A stretch of 64,000 nt of DNA from positions 62,620,001 to 62,684,000 of the forward strand of contig OX597828.1 of the NCBI GenBank assembly GCA_951406725.2, read 5' to 3'. The translations under genes were made by a program, and so were the position numbers. Positions 39,040-51,531 of this stretch are shown one piece after another. The notes under the pieces were generated by a model. The model was not told where the DNA came from and searched no databases. It was given only the letters and a program-made list of their open reading frames with translations. This stretch comes from Octopus vulgaris (lineage: Eukaryota). Within the stretch, counting starts at the first letter, position 1, and each line of letters begins with the position of its first letter.

Positions 39040-42034
39040 TACATACACACACACGCATATATATAAAGTAAACAGAAAATAGAAAATATTGATCAACTAC
39101 AATTGACTTACATCAATTATTTATTAATTTAATGCAAATAGACTGCATCCCAGCTAACAGCTGTTTCTGCTTCCAATGTTATGTGGTATTGCCATTGATA
39201 TGCTAAAGTCAATTGTTGTTGATCGATATTTTTCCATTTTCTGTCTACTTTAAATTTGATTCCTGATGAATTCATGTTCATCGTTGTCATTACCTGTAAC
39301 CTATGAGCATAATATGCTTGCATATGTATGTCCATGGTTAACATAGGTAATTATACCAGTAGCATAATGGATACTTTTATCCCTTAGACGGTTATTTCAA
39401 CCTCTAACTCTACTTACCTTATATATATAATTAAATGTTCACTCTTCTATGCTTGCATGTGTCAGAGAGAGTTTGTAGGGGCAGCTTTTGTACGGTTGAA
39501 TGCTCTTCAAGTCACCAATCCTTACCTATTTCCAAGGCAGTTAATATTTCCACATGGCCAGACATGCTTTTCATGGAAGACAAGAAACAAGCATGTCATG
39601 GTGATGCTCATTTACATCCATCACGTGATGTCAAGACAAGGCACAGACACACACACACGCGCATATATGCATGTATATATGGTGGCCTTCTCTCAGTTTC
39701 TGCCAGCCGAATTCCACCCGCAAGGCTTTGTTCAGCTGAAGGATAGAGTAGAAGAGGTGTCATACAGTCAGACTGAATCCGCAACCACAAGGCAGTGAAG
39801 CAGGTTTGTCAACCACACAATCACACCAGCAGCACAGGCCAACAATTTAATGGGCGAAAAAGATGGGAATGCATTCATTCATGCCAAAACTCCATTGAAT
39901 CAAAGAAATACAGACGTCATTTTGTTATTCTTCTTCATCATCATCATCATTTAGCCTGCTTTCCACACTGGCATAGGTTAGTGTAACCAAATGGCATTTT
40001 GCCATAACAATCATCATCATCATTTAACATCCATTATTGTTATTATCACCATTAAGGTGGAGAGCAGGCAGAATCGTCAGCATTTGGTCCTTCTTTACAT
40101 TCTGAGTTCAAATTCTGATGTCACCTTTGCCTTTCATCTTTACAGGGTCGATAAAATAAGTACCAGTCATGTACTGGGGTCAATGTGATTGACTATACCC
40201 CTCCACTAAATTTCAGGTCTTGTGCCTTTAGTAGAAAGAATTATTATTATTATTATTATTACGTGCCGGTGGCATGTAAAAGCACCATCCACTCGCATCC
40301 GTTGCCAGCCTCGCCTGGCCCCCGTGCCGGTGGCATGTAAAAGCACCATCTGTTCATGTCCGTTGCCAGCCTCGCCTGGCCCCCATGCCAGTAGCACGTA
40401 AAAGCACCATCCGTTTGTGGCCGTTTGCCAGCTCCGTCTGGCACCTGTGCGGGTGGCACGTAAAAAGCACCCACTACACTCACGGAGTGGTTGGCGTTAG
40501 GAAGGGCATCCAGCCGTAGAAACACTGCCAGATCTGACTGGGCCTGATGCAGCCTTCCAGCTTCACAGACCCCAGTTGAACCGTCCAACCCATGCTAGCA
40601 TGAAAAACGGACGCTAAATGATGATGATGATTATTGTGTGTGTAAGGCAGAGAGCTGACAGAATCATGAGCAAGTGAGGTAAAATGTTTAGTGACATTTC
40701 TGCCAGCCTTTATAATCTGAGTTCAAATTCTCTCGAGGTTGACTTTGCTTTCCATCCATTTGGGACAGGGGGAAGAGGGGTGAGTTGTTGAAGAGATAAG
40801 CAGAAATGGGAGGAGTAGGAAGAGGGTATGAGATTACAAAAGGTACAAGAAAAGAGATGGGGATGAGGAACTACTTACAGGCATTTGATCAAGAGGCACT
40901 TGTTTGAAGCGGGAATATGCATCTTTTCTCCTTGAAGAGTCCATTCCCTGCCAAAGGTAAAACAACATCAATATTAAAACATGAGCACTACCAAGCAACC
41001 ATAGATTTTTAAGGAACTGCAGCACTTACAGTTCTGAAAAGGTAAACAGGAATATTCAGCCATCTACTATATTCTCTGTGAATGGTTTTGTCCCTCTGTT
41101 AAGGGGCAGAAGTCATCATTATCACCATTTTAACCACTTTTCCATGTTTGCATGGATCAGAGGAAGTTCATTGAAGCACACTTTCTACGACCAGATGCTC
41201 TTCCTGTCACCAACCTGCATCAGTTTCCAGACATATTTTCATGGAAGATTGGAAATGGATGACACTGCTCATCACTGGAAATGACAGTGACATTCATTTA
41301 ACCGAGGCAATGACCAGTGACTGAGACATTTAACAATATGCTGCACTTGAGAAGAACTGTCCAGCCAAATGAAATCATAGTTGCCTCACAGAGGCAATGA
41401 CAAATAACAAAGAGCTTTGGTAATCATGCTGTACTAGAGAAGAAGACGGATCAAGCCAAATGAAATCACAGTCATGGCAGACACTAGTGTCCTGTAACTG
41501 GCACATAAAAACACCCAGTCAACACTCTGTAAAGTGGTTGGCATTAGGAAGGGGACCCAACTATAGAAACCATGCCAACTCATACTGGAGACTGGTGCGG
41601 CCCCACAGCTTACAAGTCCTGGTCAAACCATCCAACCCAGGCCAGTATGGACAATGGACACTAAATGATGATGATGATGCGATATCAAGACAAGATATCA
41701 CATGCTCACACACAGGCTTCTTTCAATCAAACCAACTCACAAGGTTTTGGTCATTCCAGGACTATAGTACAAGACAGTTGCCCAAGGAACCACACAGTGG
41801 ATGGGACTGAACCTAAGACCACATGGTTGAGAAGCAAGTAGTAAGCTTCTCAACCACACACACACAAAATAGGCATGGCTGTGTAGTAAGAAGTTTGCTT
41901 ACCAACCACATGGCTCTGGGTTCAGACCCACTGCATAGTACCTTAGGCTAGTGTCTTCTACAAGAGTCCAGGGCCAACCAAAGCTTAGTGAGTGGATTTG
42001 GTAGACAGAAACTGAAAGAAGCCTGTCACGTATA

Positions 42035-42090
<56 letters not shown>

Positions 42091-44418
42091 TATATGAGTG
42101 TATGTCTGTGTTTGTCCCCCAACACCACTTGACAATTGATGCTGATTTATGTCCCTGTAAATTTGCAGTTCAGCAAAAGAGACTTAAAAAGAGCTTAAAA
42201 ATTAGTACTGGAGCTAATTCATTCAATCAAAACTCTATAAGGTGGTGCCTCAGCATGGCCACAGCCTAATGACAAACAAGCGGAAGATACAAGATATACA
42301 GAGAAAGAGAGAAGGGAAACAGTTTTCCTTTCAATCAACCCCATCATTTAATGTCCCTTGTTCCATGTTGGCATGTTTGGTTGGACAAGATCCAACAAAT
42401 CCAAACACTGCAATTGGCTCCAATTGTTTGTTTTGGCAAAGTTTCAATGGCTGGATGCCCTTCCTAATGCCAACCACTTTACAGAATGAATTGAATGGTT
42501 TGGTGTGACACCAGCACCACTGAGGTCACCATGCGGCTCACAAGACTAAGACCAGAATGGGGCAACATGAACAGTATATGGTAAGTTAGGCTGCAATATT
42601 AGTAGTTTTCATACTTAATACCAGAATGGAAAAAGAGATGTTAACTAATGATGATGATGTACTGTGTAGCAACTGCTCCTTGTTTTAAATGCATGGTGAG
42701 CGTATGAGACAAGGTTGTATTTGTTTGGCCAATGTAGCAGCTGGAATCATAAAGTCTGTGACTTTACCTCGAATTTATAAGGTTATAAAAATAACTCTTA
42801 TTAATCAAAATCCACAACTGTCTCTTGTATAACACTAACATTTCAGAGTAAGATTTGACTTTAAATTTCAACATGATGACAATGATGGAAAACTGCCTCT
42901 TAATGTGATGTGTGATACATCTGTCATCACATCCAGTGCAAAACAAATTTTTCGTTTTGCAGACCTCCATGAAATAGTTAACTGTTCCTTCTTTCTACAT
43001 TCACACACGTTTGTGTGTAAACATATACGTACAGGTATACACAAGAGGCTGGTACACTTGCCCAAAGTGTCACGCAGTGGAACTGAATCAGATACCGTGT
43101 GATTGGGAAGGAAACGTCTTAATCACCGATAATTGTCTGCGCCTATCACACAAAACAGTGTTTTTTCATCGCCTGGCGGTTAATTATTCACTCTGTTCCA
43201 TTTATCTAGTCACTAGATACAAGAGTGCAAAATCGCACAAAACGAAGAAATAAACGCGATATTGATATTCGTTGTACACAATTGGTTTTAAGCGTGTCTA
43301 TGTGGCATTTATGGCCTTCCATATGCTGTAATAGATTTGAACAATTATTTAAAGACACTGGATCCGTTTATCATTTGTATTTAAAACAAAGAAAACTTTT
43401 ATTTTTCGCATAGAAAAATCATTTTCAGCTTTGACCTAGAAAATACCTTCACTTTTGACAAGGTAAACACTGGCTTTCTTAAGATACTGGCAACGAAGAA
43501 GCGCCGAATTATGAATAAATTTATGAGAACGGTGAGTTCTAAGAGGCTACCCGCGAGGTGTAGGAGCAGGGCCTTTTACTTTGATGAGTTTTAGCATTCC
43601 AGGCAAAACCCTCGCTCGAATGCCGGACTTCAACGAAAGGCGTCAACGCTCGATAATATTTACAATAGACGAAGGTATACCAGATTTTTATTAACCGTTT
43701 TTGTAGCAAAAATTGACCAAGGACGTCGAAAATTTCCTCATATTCTAATATTTATTTTGCTTGCCTTTCTTCGTAACGGTTTCTAAGACGCCGACAAAAC
43801 ACCGGGTTCTGACACTTGTTACTTGTGACTCCCCGAAGTTTTTTTAACTCATTTGTCGCTAAGAACAATTGATATGGAGTTCCCTATTTGCATATCTCGG
43901 CGATGACAATGTGGGTGAGAAAACTAGAAGAAAAATTAATAACCTACAACTCGATGCCATACACCCACACACATAGTGTGTGGGTGTGTGTATGAATATA
44001 TATATATATATATATATATGTGTGTATATTATATACAGAGAGTGAGAGAGCATGCGGCATCAAAATACGAAAACGTAAACTTGCAAAGTTGCCGAAATAA
44101 CAACGGTGTGACAGTTTGTCTATTAAAGGTGTCTCGGAATTAAATAATGCCCCCCTTCGATAGCATGAGGTGAGTAAAAAGGAATTAAAAGGAGAAAGAC
44201 GACGGAGCGAATTGTTCAATGTCATACACATGAGCTGCAACGATATCGAAGTATTTGGGAGGGATATTATGTATTTAACCAAAGTGAAACTGCTATATGA
44301 AGCGTCGGCATTAACCAGAAAGGCAGACAGAGTTTGGAGTTGAATTGAAATAGATTAAATAAATATATGGATATATTATATGTTGCCATCAACCTACTTT
44401 AGCCTGGACAATTCCCAT
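24959..44418 (-). CDS. SAMM50: Sorting and assembly machinery component 50 (Omp85/BamA-family mitochondrial outer-membrane beta-barrel); whole gene span, 14 coding exons, 1371 nt, 456 aa
   Basis: Exons joined by hand with GT-AG boundaries and continuous frame. Motifs: [59 protein letters not shown]-terminal beta-signal [10 protein letters not shown]. Confidence 0.96.
25611..25822 (+). mobile_element. Mariner-derived non-autonomous element
   Basis: TA-flanked; decayed TIR-like ends (TA-TGAGGGG...CTCTCG-TA); internal fragment reading [10 protein letters not shown], like a mariner transposase C-terminus. Confidence 0.65.
25922..26063 (-). CDS. SAMM50: SAMM50 exon 13 ([22 protein letters not shown])
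   Basis: cag acceptor, gtatgt donor, 142 nt. Confidence 0.94.
26322..26468 (-). CDS. SAMM50: SAMM50 exon 12 ([31 protein letters not shown])
   Basis: tttctag acceptor, gtaagt donor, 147 nt. Confidence 0.95.
27100..27241 (-). CDS. SAMM50: SAMM50 exon 11 ([16 protein letters not shown])
   Basis: ttttacag acceptor, gtattt donor, 142 nt; carries the conserved (V/I/L)RGF loop motif. Confidence 0.93.
28347..28430 (-). CDS. SAMM50: SAMM50 exon 10 ([15 protein letters not shown]...)
   Basis: cag acceptor, gtaagt donor, 84 nt. Confidence 0.93.
28664..29462. repeat. (GAGT)n tetranucleotide array with GAG interruptions, ~800 bp
   Basis: Directly visible; lies in SAMM50 intron 9. Confidence 0.98.
29524..29825. 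repeat. Near-perfect inverted repeat around (TG)/(TA)/(CA) microsatellite
   Basis: About 105-bp unique arms (29524-29628 and 29721-29825) with one mismatch. Confidence 0.95.
30470..30541 (-). CDS. SAMM50: SAMM50 exon 9 ([24 protein letters not shown])
   Basis: cag acceptor, gtaagt donor, 72 nt. Confidence 0.93.
31423..31551 (-). CDS. SAMM50: SAMM50 exon 8 ([29 protein letters not shown])
   Basis: tag acceptor, gtaaaa donor, 129 nt. Confidence 0.94.
32143..32230 (-). CDS. SAMM50: SAMM50 exon 7 ([13 protein letters not shown])
   Basis: cag acceptor, gtaagt donor, 88 nt. Confidence 0.93.
32799..33004. mobile_element. TTAA-flanked (piggyBac-like) MITE remnant; a related remnant lies at about 1473-1668
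   Basis: Begins TTAACCCTTTAGCATT, ends ...GAATGGATTAA; interrupts a SINE. Confidence 0.45.
33581..33714 (-). CDS. SAMM50: SAMM50 exon 6 ([15 protein letters not shown]...)
   Basis: cag acceptor, gtaagc donor, 134 nt. Confidence 0.93.
34263..34369 (-). CDS. SAMM50: SAMM50 exon 5 ([22 protein letters not shown]...)
   Basis: ttttccag acceptor, gtgagt donor, 107 nt. Confidence 0.93.
34795..35345. repeat. Unclassified probable interspersed repeat between two SINEs
   Basis: Discrete block of higher complexity ending at (ATT)n; no intact ORF; family not assigned. Confidence 0.3.
36481..36568 (-). CDS. SAMM50: SAMM50 exon 4 ([21 protein letters not shown]...)
   Basis: ttccag acceptor, gtaagc donor, 88 nt. 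Confidence 0.92.
38833..38934 (-). CDS. SAMM50: SAMM50 exon 3 (POTRA: [17 protein letters not shown]...)
   Basis: tttcag acceptor, gtgagt donor, 102 nt. Confidence 0.93.
39064..39252. mobile_element. MITE-like element with ~50-bp terminal inverted repeats
   Basis: TAAAGTAAACAGAAAATAGAAAATATTGATCAACTACAATTGACTT matches the reverse complement of the right end (~39205-39252); TA-bounded. Confidence 0.65.
40879..40947 (-). CDS. SAMM50: SAMM50 exon 2 ([23 protein letters not shown])
   Basis: cag acceptor, gtaagt donor, 69 nt, phase 0/0; poorly conserved region placed by splice signals. Confidence 0.78.
44398..44418 (-). CDS. SAMM50: SAMM50 coding exon 1 (MGIVQAK)
   Basis: ATG GGA ATT GTC CAG GCT AAA followed by donor gtaggt; resembles the conserved Sam50 N-terminus MGTVHAR. 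Confidence 0.85.
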
Positions 44419-44560
44419 CTTGGCGTGGTTAGTGGAGGAGAACTCTTCAGAACTCGGAAAGCAGACACATTCTTCTTCCGGTGACCTCTAATTGCCTCAG
44501 TGATTTTTACACCGGTGAAGAGGACATTTGTTCCTTATTAAGGGTGGATCGAACTTAAGT
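44419..44560 (-). promoter_or_regulatory. Probable SAMM50 5'UTR/core promoter with ETS (GABP-like) site
   Basis: CTTCCGGT at 44475-44482 with an adjacent TGACCT, about 60 nt upstream of the ATG; 43400-44560 is visibly CpG-richer and poor in repeats. Confidence 0.45.
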
Positions 44561-45557
44561 CAGAGATTTATACACAATCCTTCTCTCTCATTTTCTACAT
44601 ACATTAACCCATGCGGGGGTGTATAGATATATACACACAAAGATATTTGTATATGGGAGCACAGATAATTCCTCAGTCATATATTTAGTAATAATATACA
44701 TAAGGATAATCCATAGTAACAGACTCAACTACAGAACATATTTTGGCGATTCTTCACTTTTCCAGAACCGCTTCGAAGTGAAAGAATTGACCAAGATATT
44801 TTCCAAGCTTTACAGTAAAGGTTTTCCTCCAAATGAAACTATTAAGGAACGGGAGAGAAAATAATTGACAATGGAGATATTTTTTTATGAAAATGAGGCG
44901 GAGGTGGAGATCGACGATGGCGACGGTGACATTCTATGAACATGCTTTCTCCAAAATGACAGTCTTTCCTGGGAGAAACACACACACACACTTCCTGTTT
45001 CTCTCTGAGCTGTCATGTTGAGCTACTTCACTTGATTACGCTGTTGTCTCGGGTCGGCTTCTTCACTTTCCAGTTTGCTGGTCTTCAATGGCAATCTAGC
45101 AACCTGACAAATATGTGAATGTGTGTAACATATATGACGATCATCATCATCATTTATCGTCCGTTCTCCATGCTAACATGGGTTGGAAGGTTTGAAAGGA
45201 GTTGGCCAGCTCGAGGGCTGCTCGGGTTCCGTTTGTCTGCTTTCGCATGGTTCCTACGTTTTCTAATGCCAGCCACTTTACAGGTGCTGGGTGCTTTTAC
45301 ATGGCACTTTCATGTGACACTGGCTCGGACGTTTTTACGTAGCACCAGCACCCACGAGCCCACAAGATTTCTTGGCTGAGAGATGGACGTAGGGCCCACA
45401 CCTGTATGCATGGACAGCCACGATTTTACTTAGCCTCATATATTTTCTAACACGAACTGGTTTCGAATTTTGACACAAGGCCAGCAATTTCATGGGAGGT
45501 AATAAGTAGATTACATCGTCCCACACCCCACCCCAATGTTCAACTGGTACTTATTTC

Positions 45558-45648
45558 GGCACTACTTAAATACGATGTTTTTACAGGGAACACTTGTTAG
45601 GGTTAGGGTTACGTAGATGTGTTGGGGCCTCTATATTTAAGTAGTACC
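45558..45648. mobile_element. 91-bp MITE with GG termini (Merlin-like), nested in a SINE
   Basis: 15-bp TIRs GG(C/T)ACTACTTAAATA, 8-bp TSD CTTATTTC, internal TTAGGG repeats. Superfamily is inferred. Confidence 0.75.
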
Positions 45649-45699
45649 CTTATTTCATTGACCCCGGAAGGATGAAAGGCAAGCTCAACCCCCAAAGTA

Positions 45700-46182
45700 T
45701 TTCACCCGGCATGCTAACGATTCTGCCAGCTCGCCACCTTCCTTTTCTAACAATTCTGCCAGTTTGCTGCCTAATAACACACACACACACACACATTAAT
45801 AAATACTTATTTAATCGACCCCAAAAGGATGAAAGTCAAAGGTGACCTCGGCGAAATTTGAACTCAGAATGTAGCAGCAGATGAAATACCTATTTCTTTA
45901 CTACCCACAAGGGGCTAAACACAGAGAGGACAAACAAGAACCGACAAACAGATTAAGTCGATTATATTGACCCCAGTGCGTAACTGGTCCTTAATTTATC
46001 GACCCCGAAAGGATGAGAGGCAAAGTAGACCTCAGCGAAATTTGAACTCAGAATGTAGCGGCAGACGAAATACTGCAAAGCATTTCACCCGGCATGCTAA
46101 CGATTCTGCCAGCTCGCCACCTTCCTTTTCTAACAATTCTGCCAGTTTGCTGCCTTAATACACACACACACACATTAATAAA
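45700..46182. repeat. Local direct duplication of ~100 bp (45700-45803 and 46082-46182)
   Basis: TTTCACCCGGCATGCTAACGATTCTGCCAGCTCGCCACCTTCCTTTTCTAACAATTCTGCCAGTTTGCTGCC...(CA)n TTAATAAA occurs twice. Confidence 0.85.
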
Positions 46183-47856
46183 AGAATGCCAAAGGAACAG
46201 GAGTTACATCATCACCTTCATTAGCATTCATTGTGTGTGTGTCTGTGGTCATCCCTCACTGCTCGACAATCAGTTGTTGCTTTCTGTATGTCCCCATGAC
46301 TTTGCAGTTCATCAAAAAGGCACTAACAGAATAAGCAACCATCACAAAATAAGTACTGAGCTCAATGCAGTTAAAGTGGTGCCCCAGCATGGACACAGTC
46401 CACTGACTAGAGCAAGTAAAAAAGAAAAAATACACACACACAAAAAAAAAAGAATAGAAATCCAACAAATAAAAAATTGAAATATTCAAAGCAAAATAAA
46501 AATCGAAATTGCTTAAAAAAAACTGTCCAACTGGTTTATTGTAGAATGAGGAATAAATACGAAATTGATTTATTGAATATTAAAGAATGTGAGTATGAGG
46601 GTATAGAGGGGGAAGGAGGATCAGGGTGGCTGACCCCTCTTTAGAAAATGAGAGCAGACCAAAAAATTGCTGTTATTACAGACTGGAATAGAATATGTAT
46701 GGTGTGTGTGTGGGTTGGTTAGTCTGTATCGATATATGTGTGTATGTATGTGTTTATATATAGATATGGGTGTAGATATGTGTGCAGGCATATGTGTATT
46801 TATATATTAATATACTTATAAATGCATATATGTATAATAGTGAACTTATTGTAGCCAGTGTTCAGGTGCACCACAGCTCATCAGAGAAGGTAGTGAAAAG
46901 AGCATGAACAGTGGATAGAAAAGTGCAGAGAACAAGAGACAGGAAAGTGAACAGTGAATGAGTCATGAAAAAGAAAAAGGAATCGAAATTTTTAAATAAA
47001 TCTTATTCTAGAATTCATATAAAGTTACTCTACCGGGTCAATATTCTATTGCTAGTCTGAGATATTGTTTAAAATTGTTTGTTCCTTCTTAAGCCATGCC
47101 TGGCTCATAAGGGCCGGTTTCCCAGTTTCCTTGGCGTATAGGTTCCCCACCTGGTCGGGACGCTGGTCCGTCGCAGGTGAGCTGCAAGATGCAGGAGGAA
47201 AGAGTGAGAGAAAGTTATGGCAAAAGAGTCAGCAGAAGTTTGCCATTATCTTCTGCCAGAGCCGCGTGGATCTTAGGTGTTACGCTCATAAACACACATT
47301 GCCCGGTCTGAGATTCAAACCCACGATCCTTCGATCATAAGTCCGCTGCTCTAACCACTAGGCCATGTGCCTCTACATTGTTTAAAATAATAACCCCAAA
47401 ACTAGCAGAAATACATATATAGATACAAACACACACACACACACATATATGTGTGTGTGTGTGTATACACATTTTCAGGTCAGTAATGTCTAAGAAGCAT
47501 ATGTTACAAAGTAAGAGACAGAATGTTGGGGTGCACTGGGGAGGATATATATGTGTGTGTGTGTATACACATGCACACATATATATATATATATAGACAG
47601 ACAGACAGATAGATATAGATATGTGGTAGCAAAAGAAGGAACTGGTGGTGACACAAAAATAAATATAACATTTTGTTGAGGTAACAGCTTGAATGAATAT
47701 GAGGCTGATGATGATGATGATGATAATGACGTATTGTGTACCTCATGTGAAGCGACACAAAACATATGATGCATATGTGTGTGCATATAGATATATGTGT
47801 CTGTGCATGTATGTCTATATCTGTGGGGTTTTATACATACATATATGTACATGTGC

Positions 47857-47925
<69 letters not shown>

Positions 47926-47930
47926 CATAC

Positions 47931-47961
<31 letters not shown>

Positions 47962-47974
47962 CTATATATACTGG

Positions 47975-48783
47975 TATATACACAACTATACTGGTCCAGG
48001 AGGGATCGAAATCCCAGTATCGAAATCAATACGGGACCTGGGGATAGACATGAGTGACGATGCATCTTTTTCTTCACACATCGCGAAGGTGGCGACAATG
48101 TGCAGACGACTCACTGGCTGGATCCTGAGGACATTCCGGACAAGAGACTGCGAGACCATGTTGACACTATGGAGGACATTTGTCCTAAGCCGCCTAGACT
48201 ACTGCTCCCAACTGTGGTCACCGCATAGTGTCAAACTAACCACAGAGCTTGAGACAATCCAAAGACATTTCACCAAGAGGATTTCCACCATGAAAGAAAG
48301 AACTATTGGGAGAGGCTTAGGGAACTCAATTTGTACTCCTTGGAACGAAGACGAGAGAGATATGCAGTGATATACATATGGAAAATCCTGGAGGGACTAG
48401 CACCAAATTTTGGAATTGAGAGCTGTTCCAATCCCCGTACAGGTCGTCACTGTGTGGTGCCAAGGTCCCGTCTTCCACATCCAGGGTAAGGAGCAGATAC
48501 TGTAATAGCCTGGGGTTCAGGGGCCCTCAGCTGTTCAACAAACTGCCAAGAAAACTAAGAGATCTACATGATGCGGATGTGGACATTTTCAAAAACATCT
48601 AGACAAGCTGCTTTCCGGGATCCCAGATGAACCCACTGCAAGGTACGAAGGTAACCTAAGGGCAGCAGCTACAAACTCTCTCTTAGATCAGTGGCCAGCC
48701 ACGGCAAACTGGACTTAGAGGTAGCAACAAGGCGGTGCCCAGCATGCCTCAGCCGGATGGCTGAAACAAGTAAAGAGTAAAGA

Positions 48784-48785
<2 letters not shown>
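47975..48785 (+). mobile_element. 5'-truncated CR1/L2-group LINE with intact 3' tail, inserted in (TA)n
   Basis: [10 protein letters not shown]...[15 protein letters not shown]...[10 protein letters not shown]; frameshifted; ends in GTAAAGA repeats. Confidence 0.85.
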
Positions 48786-48831
<46 letters not shown>

Positions 48832-49106
48832 GTATGTATATGTATATATATATATATATATATAGTAAAGTAGGGTATAAGTTAGAAGGTTATACAACCA
48901 TGTAAGGGATAGATGTATCTGTAGGCATTCCTGGTGTATTACCTCAGTATGTTTGATCCTTGTTATAAGGTATACGGCAGTAGGTAATTTAAAGGTAGAA
49001 CTGTGGTTTAATATATATACAGAGACGATAAGAAATGGAGCAATAATTAACAATAAGAAGTGGATCATTTGTGTTTTATTCTCTCTCTCTCTCTCTCTCT
49101 TTCTGC

Positions 49107-49146
<40 letters not shown>

Positions 49147-49655
49147 CAAACTCTAAAGAGATTAGTGTTGATCTGTGTCAGCAAGAATTTGTATGACATA
49201 GTAAAATTGACAAAAAGTGGGAAGTTTGTATGGGGTGAGAACAAACCAGGGTTTAGAAGAGAGTCCTTCTGTATAGAAAAGTCAACAGGAGAGAAATTAA
49301 AGACAGGCAACAGAGTATAACTGGTTGCAACCCTGCAGTGTTTCTTTAATTTCACTGCTATAGACATTATACACCACCACCGCCACCACCGCCACCGCCG
49401 CCGCCGCCACCACCACCACCACCATTTAACATCCATCTTCCATGCTAGCTTGGGTGGGTCGGTGCCACAAGAGCTGGCCAGGTTGAAGCTTGCACCAGAT
49501 TTCTGTGACTGTTTTAGCAAAGAAAGAGAGGGAAGGAAATACATGCACACACACACACACACATACATATATATATATAGAATATGAGGGGTTTAGCTGT
49601 GATCCTGGAGCCTTAGTTGTAATCTTGGTCGACCAACTATAGCGCTTACACATGT

Positions 49656-49694
<39 letters not shown>

Positions 49695-49742
49695 TAGATA
49701 GATAGATAGATAGATATATATGAGAGAGAGAGCGGGAAAGAG

Positions 49743-49779
<37 letters not shown>

Positions 49780-49824
49780 AACGCACACTCACATATATAT
49801 AGGTAAATCCATGTGTAAAAAGAA

Positions 49825-50705
49825 AAGCAGGCAACAAAGGTAACGGTTCTCTGAACTTTGTCCATTCTATTTTTATTCTTGCAATTATATTTTCAGAACC
49901 TCCTCTTCCACAGCTGACTTGGTTACCTAGGTGACAGAAGCGACTTCTAGGGATCCCACCAGGACATTAGAGGAAGTCTATTCTCCGTAACATTCCTTCT
50001 ATTTATTGAACCCACACAGCTTCCACTCACAAGGACTACTTTCTCTGTTAACCTTTTGATGATACTGCTGCACCTCTTATGTGTCCATAGCTTTCATCGG
50101 GTACATCATATGCAGTTTCTACTGACACCTTTCTTAGACATTGGGCAGGGGTCATCTCCCTCAAGTGACTTGAGCTTTGTCTCTTTTCCTACTTATGAGG
50201 AAATTTGTCTTTGCTAAATTAGGTTCCAGACCTTGCTTCCACACCTGAAATCTTCTTCTCTAGTTCTTGTAGTGATTCAGCTATAAGAACAAGGTCATCA
50301 GCATAGAGGAGCTCCCAATTGCAGCCATTCTTAACTTCTGTTATAGCCTGGAGGGCTATGATAAACAAGAGGGGACTGAGAACGGATTCTTGGTGAACTC
50401 CTGAAAGTGCACAAAATTCATTATTACACTCATTGTCAACCTTCACCTTACTGGCAGCATCCCTGTATGTGGCTTGTATGGTTCTCACTAACCACTCATC
50501 TCTCCCTTGCTTCCACATTGATCAGAGAGAGCAAAGGATTCTGTCAAAAGCTTTCTCCAAGTCAACAAAAGCCAAGTATGGAGGTTTGTTCTTAACCAAA
50601 GGCTTCTCCTGCAGCTGCCTTACCAGGAATATGGCACTAGCAGTGCTTCTCTCTGGCACAAAACCAAACTACATCTCATGCAGGCTTACTATCTCCCAAA
50701 TTGGT
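49825..50705 (-). mobile_element. Decayed RTE-clade LINE RT fragment
   Basis: GVHQESVLSPLLFII and WELLYADDLVLIAES motifs; FVDLEKAFDRI motif upstream. Confidence 0.85.
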
Positions 50706-51488
50706 TGACCTAGGACACGTGTGTGTGTGTGTGAGAGAGAGAGAGCATGTGCGTGTGAGAGAGAAAGAGAGAGAGAGCGTGTGTTTGTTTTTATGTTACT
50801 CTATACTTCTGTTGACAGTGACTTCAAAGTTTCAACCATTTAAGCCATTGTTGGATTGCAATACATTGAAATTACTCTCGGCTTTATGCCGTCTCCATTG
50901 AGTTAAAATCTTCCTTGAGTGTGTGTGGGTTTGAGTAATTAGGTTTTTAGGGTGGATTGTTATGAGAAGGTGTCTTGGAGAAATTTTTATTGATTAAATT
51001 TGTGGTTATGTTATTATTTAGAATTTATTCATGAATGTGGAACTTTGTGTGTAGGCATTTCTCTTTTGTCAGGTAAGCAGGTGAGACAGTATGTTTGTTG
51101 TCTTTTGATTTTATTGAATTTAATCCTTTGCCTTGACAATGTAAGGGTCTAAGGTACAAAGTCCAGTACTGAAGCTCTTAACAACTGGGTGTGTCGTCTT
51201 TTTTCACAAAAGAATGTAGGTCAGTGGTAAGTTTCAACTGGTCATTTCTTTAGTGTGTTTTATATTTTCATTTGTAAGGTAGGAGTGATTGGTCAGGTAT
51301 GTCATTGGTTCGTTAGTATAGAAAGTTGTTTCTCTTGTGCTCTCATGTTCAAAAAGTATTTGAGTAAAAATTGTTTGATTCCATGTTTTACTCACTGGAT
51401 GTTTTACTGCTGTATAAGCAATTTGAATTTTATAGAGGGATTTTCTTCTTTTGTGGAGGTAGAATTTGTTTGCAGTTTGTTTATAAAA

Positions 51489-51531
<43 letters not shown>

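Noticed and set aside
45023-45103. Minus-strand exon-like segment VARLPLKTSKLESEEADPRQQRNQVK*
   Set aside because: Acceptor is modest, no upstream partner exons or recognisable homology; cannot be supported without RNA data.
46850-46985. Direct repeat of 22415-22545 flanking SAMM50, suggesting LTRs or a composite element
   Set aside because: Both are 3' ends of the same LINE family, consistent with independent insertions.
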